Shown here piece after piece: positions 59,394 to 62,619 of a stretch of DNA of 62,619 bases; position 1 is the stretch's first letter; each line of letters starts with the position of its first letter. The notes beneath the pieces were generated by a model that worked only from the letters and a program-made list of their open reading frames with translations, was not told the DNA's origin and did no database searches. Position numbers and translations under genes: made by a program. Source of the DNA: Nitrospinota bacterium (lineage in GTDB: Bacteria > UBA8248); assembly GCA_030754595.1 (NCBI GenBank), contig JASLZZ010000017.1:1-62619 (forward strand), in the 5' to 3' direction.

Positions 59394-60623
59394 TCAGCGG
59401 CGGGGAGAAAGCCACCTGAGGGGATCAAGCGGTATCGATCCTCTCCGGATCTCGAAGTACAAGGCCGGTATCCCCATGACGCCGGTCGCGCCCACACGGG
59501 CGATCACCTGTCCTCCGGCCACCTTCTGACCCCGTTCGACGAGGACTTTCCGGGCCCCGCCGTAAACCGTGTAAACGCCCTCGCCGTGGCGAAGGATCAA
59601 CAGCCGACCATACCCCCGGACCCAATCCGAGTAAACGACCTCGCCCGGAGCCACCGATTGTACCGGGGCGTCCCTCGGGGCATGAATCCGGATTCCCCGG
59701 CTCCCCCCCGCCCGGTCCTCGGGCCGGGGCTCGCCCCTGACCGGCCAAGGGAGGCGCCCCTCAAGCTTATCAAACATGGCGGCGTTGCGGTCGATTTTCG
59801 AATCCCGGACCTTCATCAGCGAAGCGATGGCGTCGCGCATGGCGTCGCGGGAGTTCTCCAGCTCCCCCATCAACACCTTTCGCCGGGCTTTATTCTTCTC
59901 TAGCAACGCCAACCGCCGCGACCGGCGCGAATAGTAACGGGCCACCCGGCCTTTCGCGCGGGCCTGCCTTTCCTTGAGTTTTTTTCTCCGCTCCACCTCC
60001 TCGGCCGCGTCGGCTTCGAGGCGGCGGAGGCGCTGCTCGGCCGCCCGGTACCGGCCGAGGAGTTGCTGATCGTGGCGGGCCAGCCGGGCCACCAGCGCCC
60101 AGCGGTCCATCAAGTCCCACATCGACCGGGACATGACTATTAACCGGACACTCCCGGCGCTTCCCCCCATGTAGAGCGCCCGAAGCCTGGCCCGCAAGTT
60201 CAGCCGCCTCCCCTCCTGTTTGTCCCGGAGTTTTTGGAATTTCCCGCGAATTTGCCCGTGCCGGATCTCCGAGCGCCTCACCTTCCGGGCCAGCAGCCTG
60301 AAGCGCTGGTCCTCGACCGCCAACCGGGCCGAGAGACGGTCCAACTGCAAGAGAAGGGATTCGGTCCGAAGGCGGCCCTTGGCGTCGCGGTCGCGCGCAA
60401 GGGCCAGACGGGCCTCAATCCGGCGGAGCTGATCTTCGTCTTTATCGATCTCGCGCTCGACCTTTTGGATGGCGGCCGAACCGGCGGCTGGCGCGGCCAG
60501 TGCGGCTGGCGCGGCGCGGGCCGGGCCGGTCAGAGCGGCCAGGAAAATCAGACCCGAAAGGATTCCCGCAACCGGGCGCAACCCCCAACCGGGTCCCGGC
60601 CTCGCCTCCCCTCCCCGGTCCAC
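59394..60623 (-). CDS. envC: EnvC-like murein hydrolase activator
   Basis: Long coiled coil plus degenerate M23 domain (LPWPV, LYFEIR, no Zn ligands); follows ftsEX. Confidence 0.8.
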   Translation of the reverse strand: MDRGGEARPGPGWGLRPVAGILSGLIFLAALTGPARAAPAALAAPAAGSAAIQKVEREIDKDEDQLRRIEARLALARDRDAKGRLRTESLLLQLDRLSARLAVEDQRFRLLARKVRRSEIRHGQIRGKFQKLRDKQEGRRLNLRARLRALYMGGSAGSVRLIVMSRSMWDLMDRWALVARLARHDQQLLGRYRAAEQRLRRLEADAAEEVERRKKLKERQARAKGRVARYYSRRSRRLALLEKNKARRKVLMGELENSRDAMRDAIASLMKVRDSKIDRNAAMFDKLEGRLPWPVRGEPRPEDRAGGSRGIRIHAPRDAPVQSVAPGEVVYSDWVRGYGRLLILRHGEGVYTVYGGARKVLVERGQKVAGGQVIARVGATGVMGIPALYFEIRRGSIPLDPLRWLSPRR

Positions 60624-60624
60624 C

Positions 60625-61533
60625 TTATTCCCTTTGCTTCCGGAGATAGTGGCTCACCGTAGCCGCGCTTCCCACGAAACCCAGGCCCGCGCCCACTCCG
60701 ACGAGGAGGACGCCCAGATGCCAGCCGCCGGGCTGAACGATAAATCCTTCGGCCGAAAACCCCGAGAGCACGGGCAAGAAAAAGGCGTAGTAGAGCAGCA
60801 TCAGCGATGCGTAGGCCGCGCCGCCGCCGCAGGCGCCGCACAGGACGCCTTCGGTGATATAGGGAGTCCGAATAAATCCGTCGGTCGCTCCGACGAGGTG
60901 CATGATGGCGATATCGTCGCGGCGGGCGAATAGCGTGAGCCGAATCGTGTTGGCGATGATGAAGAGAACGCCAAGCCCGAGCAACGCCGAGATCGTCCAC
61001 ACCGCCAGCCGGATGAGATGAATCGCCCCCTCGAGCCGCCGGAGCCAGGCGAGGTCGTTGCGGAGACGCTCCACCCCCGGCATCACGCGCACCTGGGCCA
61101 TGAGCGACTCGATATTCACCATCGTCCGCCAGCCCGGCCTGAGGATCACTAGGTAGGAGGAGGGAAGAAACGCCTCGCCGAGGCCGTCGAGTACACCGGC
61201 GTTAGACCCCAGCTGCTCGCGGAATTTTCTGAGGGCATCGTCCGATGTCCGCTCGGCCACCCTTTCGACCGCCTCGTAGCGAAGCACCGCGCTCCGGATC
61301 GTCTCTTTTTCGGCGGAGGAGATTTCATTTTTTAAAAACACCTCGACCTGGAACCGCTCACGCCAGTCTCCGATGAGATCCGAGACGTTCACCTGGACAA
61401 TCCAGAGCACCCCGAAAAAGATCAGGCTGATCGTCGTCGTCACGATGGTGAGCGCCGCGACGGCGCGGTTCTCCCGCATGTCGAGCAGGGCTTCCCTGAA
61501 AAAATAGGGGAACGACTGAAGCCAGCGATTCAC
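60625..61533 (-). CDS. ftsX: Cell division permease FtsX
   Basis: NTIRL, IMHLVGATDGFIRTPY...EG; four TM segments. Confidence 0.92.
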   Translation of the reverse strand: MNRWLQSFPYFFREALLDMRENRAVAALTIVTTTISLIFFGVLWIVQVNVSDLIGDWRERFQVEVFLKNEISSAEKETIRSAVLRYEAVERVAERTSDDALRKFREQLGSNAGVLDGLGEAFLPSSYLVILRPGWRTMVNIESLMAQVRVMPGVERLRNDLAWLRRLEGAIHLIRLAVWTISALLGLGVLFIIANTIRLTLFARRDDIAIMHLVGATDGFIRTPYITEGVLCGACGGGAAYASLMLLYYAFFLPVLSGFSAEGFIVQPGGWHLGVLLVGVGAGLGFVGSAATVSHYLRKQRE

Positions 61534-62192
61534 GCCCCGGCCTTCGCGATCTGGCCGAACTCGAGGCGAACCGTCCGCGAGCCGACGTACTCGATGACTG
61601 ATCGATCGTGGGTGGCGACCACCACGGTCGTCGCCAGGCGGCTCACCTCCTTGAAAACGTCCATGACCTCGTTGGCCATTTCGGGGTCGAGGTTTCCCGT
61701 CGGCTCATCGGCGATGAGAAGCGGAGGGCGGTTCACCAGGGCCCGGGCGATGGCAACGCGCTGCTGTTCGCCGCCGGACAAAAACCGGGGGTGAAGGTCG
61801 CGCTTCTCGGCCAGGCGCACCAGCTTGAGAACGGCATAGACTCTGCGGCGCGCCTCGCGGGCGGAAACGCCGATGGCGCGCTGACAGAAGGCGATGTTCT
61901 CGAACACCGTCCGGTTCGGGAGGAGCTTGAAATCCTGGAAGACAACCCCAATCCCCCGCCTGAGGTGGGAGAACTCCTTCCGGCGGAGGCGGGTGATGTT
62001 GCGTCCCGCGATGAAGACCTGCCCCCGGTCGGCGATCTCGGCTCCATAGAGAAGGGAGAGCAGCGTCGTCTTTCCGGCGCCACTGGGTCCGGTGATGAAT
62101 ACGAACTCCCCCCGCCCGACCTGAAGATCGACGCTCTGGAGAACGAAGCGGCCATGCTCGTAGCGCTTCCAGACGTTCGCCAGACGGATCAT
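61530..62192 (-). CDS. ftsE: Cell division ATPase FtsE
   Basis: GPSGAGKTT, VFQDFKLL, LSGGEQQR, ADEPTGNLD; start at ATG 62192 (or TTG 62270). Confidence 0.93.
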   Translation of the reverse strand: MIRLANVWKRYEHGRFVLQSVDLQVGRGEFVFITGPSGAGKTTLLSLLYGAEIADRGQVFIAGRNITRLRRKEFSHLRRGIGVVFQDFKLLPNRTVFENIAFCQRAIGVSAREARRRVYAVLKLVRLAEKRDLHPRFLSGGEQQRVAIARALVNRPPLLIADEPTGNLDPEMANEVMDVFKEVSRLATTVVVATHDRSVIEYVGSRTVRLEFGQIAKAGA

Positions 62193-62447
62193 GTCCTGAG
62201 AAGGGGCCGCCTCGGCTGTGACCGCCCGCCTCGCGGCCGACTGTGTCTTCGGGGAAGAAGGGCTTTGCAATTCCAGCGTCTCCCTAAATGGGGGTCTGCC
62301 CCCCGCTCCGGGGTGGCGGCTACGGGGCCGGGCCGGACCGCCGAATCCTCTAACATCCTAACTACTTGCTTTTAATGAGGAAAGGCAAGAAACCCTGAGT
62401 CATATCCGGGGCGGAGCAAGAAGCGCGGCCAGGGCGGGATTATATAG

Positions 62448-62619
62448 TGTACAGCTAGTCTTCTTCCCTAACAATCAGTAGGGTGGGAATGTATCCGTGG
62501 GAACGGAGCGAGGGCGCAGCCTGAGCGCAGTTCCCCCGGCCCCCGCCCGCGGGGAGGAAGCGAGTATGACCGTTGCCGAGAAGAAGGTGGTTCGAGGGCG
62601 CCTGAGTGCCTTGCAATTG
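62448..62619 (+). mobile_element. Probable left end of an IS481-family insertion sequence, truncated by the window edge
   Basis: TGT-initiated candidate terminal repeat TGTACAGCTAGTCTTCTTCCCTAACA (62448-62473); strong RBS GGGGAGG; ORF from 62566 MTVAEKKVVRGRLSALQL resembles IS481-type transposase N-termini. Confidence 0.55.

Overview
Core chromosomal region of a diderm bacterium, with gene order resembling Deltaproteobacteria/Nitrospinota-type genomes (the taxonomy is an inference). The + strand carries dprA-smg-topA-trmFO-xerC-hslVU and argB-argD-argF-argG. Most of the rest is long minus-strand housekeeping operons: rpsF-ssb-rpsR-rplI-dnaB-alr-mlaF-tgt-yajC-secDF, plsC-dciA-TPR-lolB-like-ispE-prs-rplY-pth-hppA, a liv ABC transporter, M50-pilM-aroB-aroQ-pepP-efp, tsaD-dusB-SDR-mrcA and ftsEX-envC-ctpA. 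A + strand PMM-DedA-ManC-uppP block and an LpoA-like gene interrupt them. The likely left end of an IS481-family element sits at the right edge. I saw no rRNA, tRNA, CRISPR array or prophage. The main points of interest are: (1) a hidden exported TlpA-type selenoprotein (in-frame UGA in a UxxC motif plus a SECIS-like hairpin) that the ORF track splits in two; (2) a structured argB leader with paired 18-bp palindromic repeats and a mini-ORF that copies the argB start; (3) octamer and hairpin repeat arrays upstream of tsaD; (4) a TGT with an atypical base-binding pocket; (5) a strong GC gradient across hslU; (6) orphan pilM and mlaF genes.
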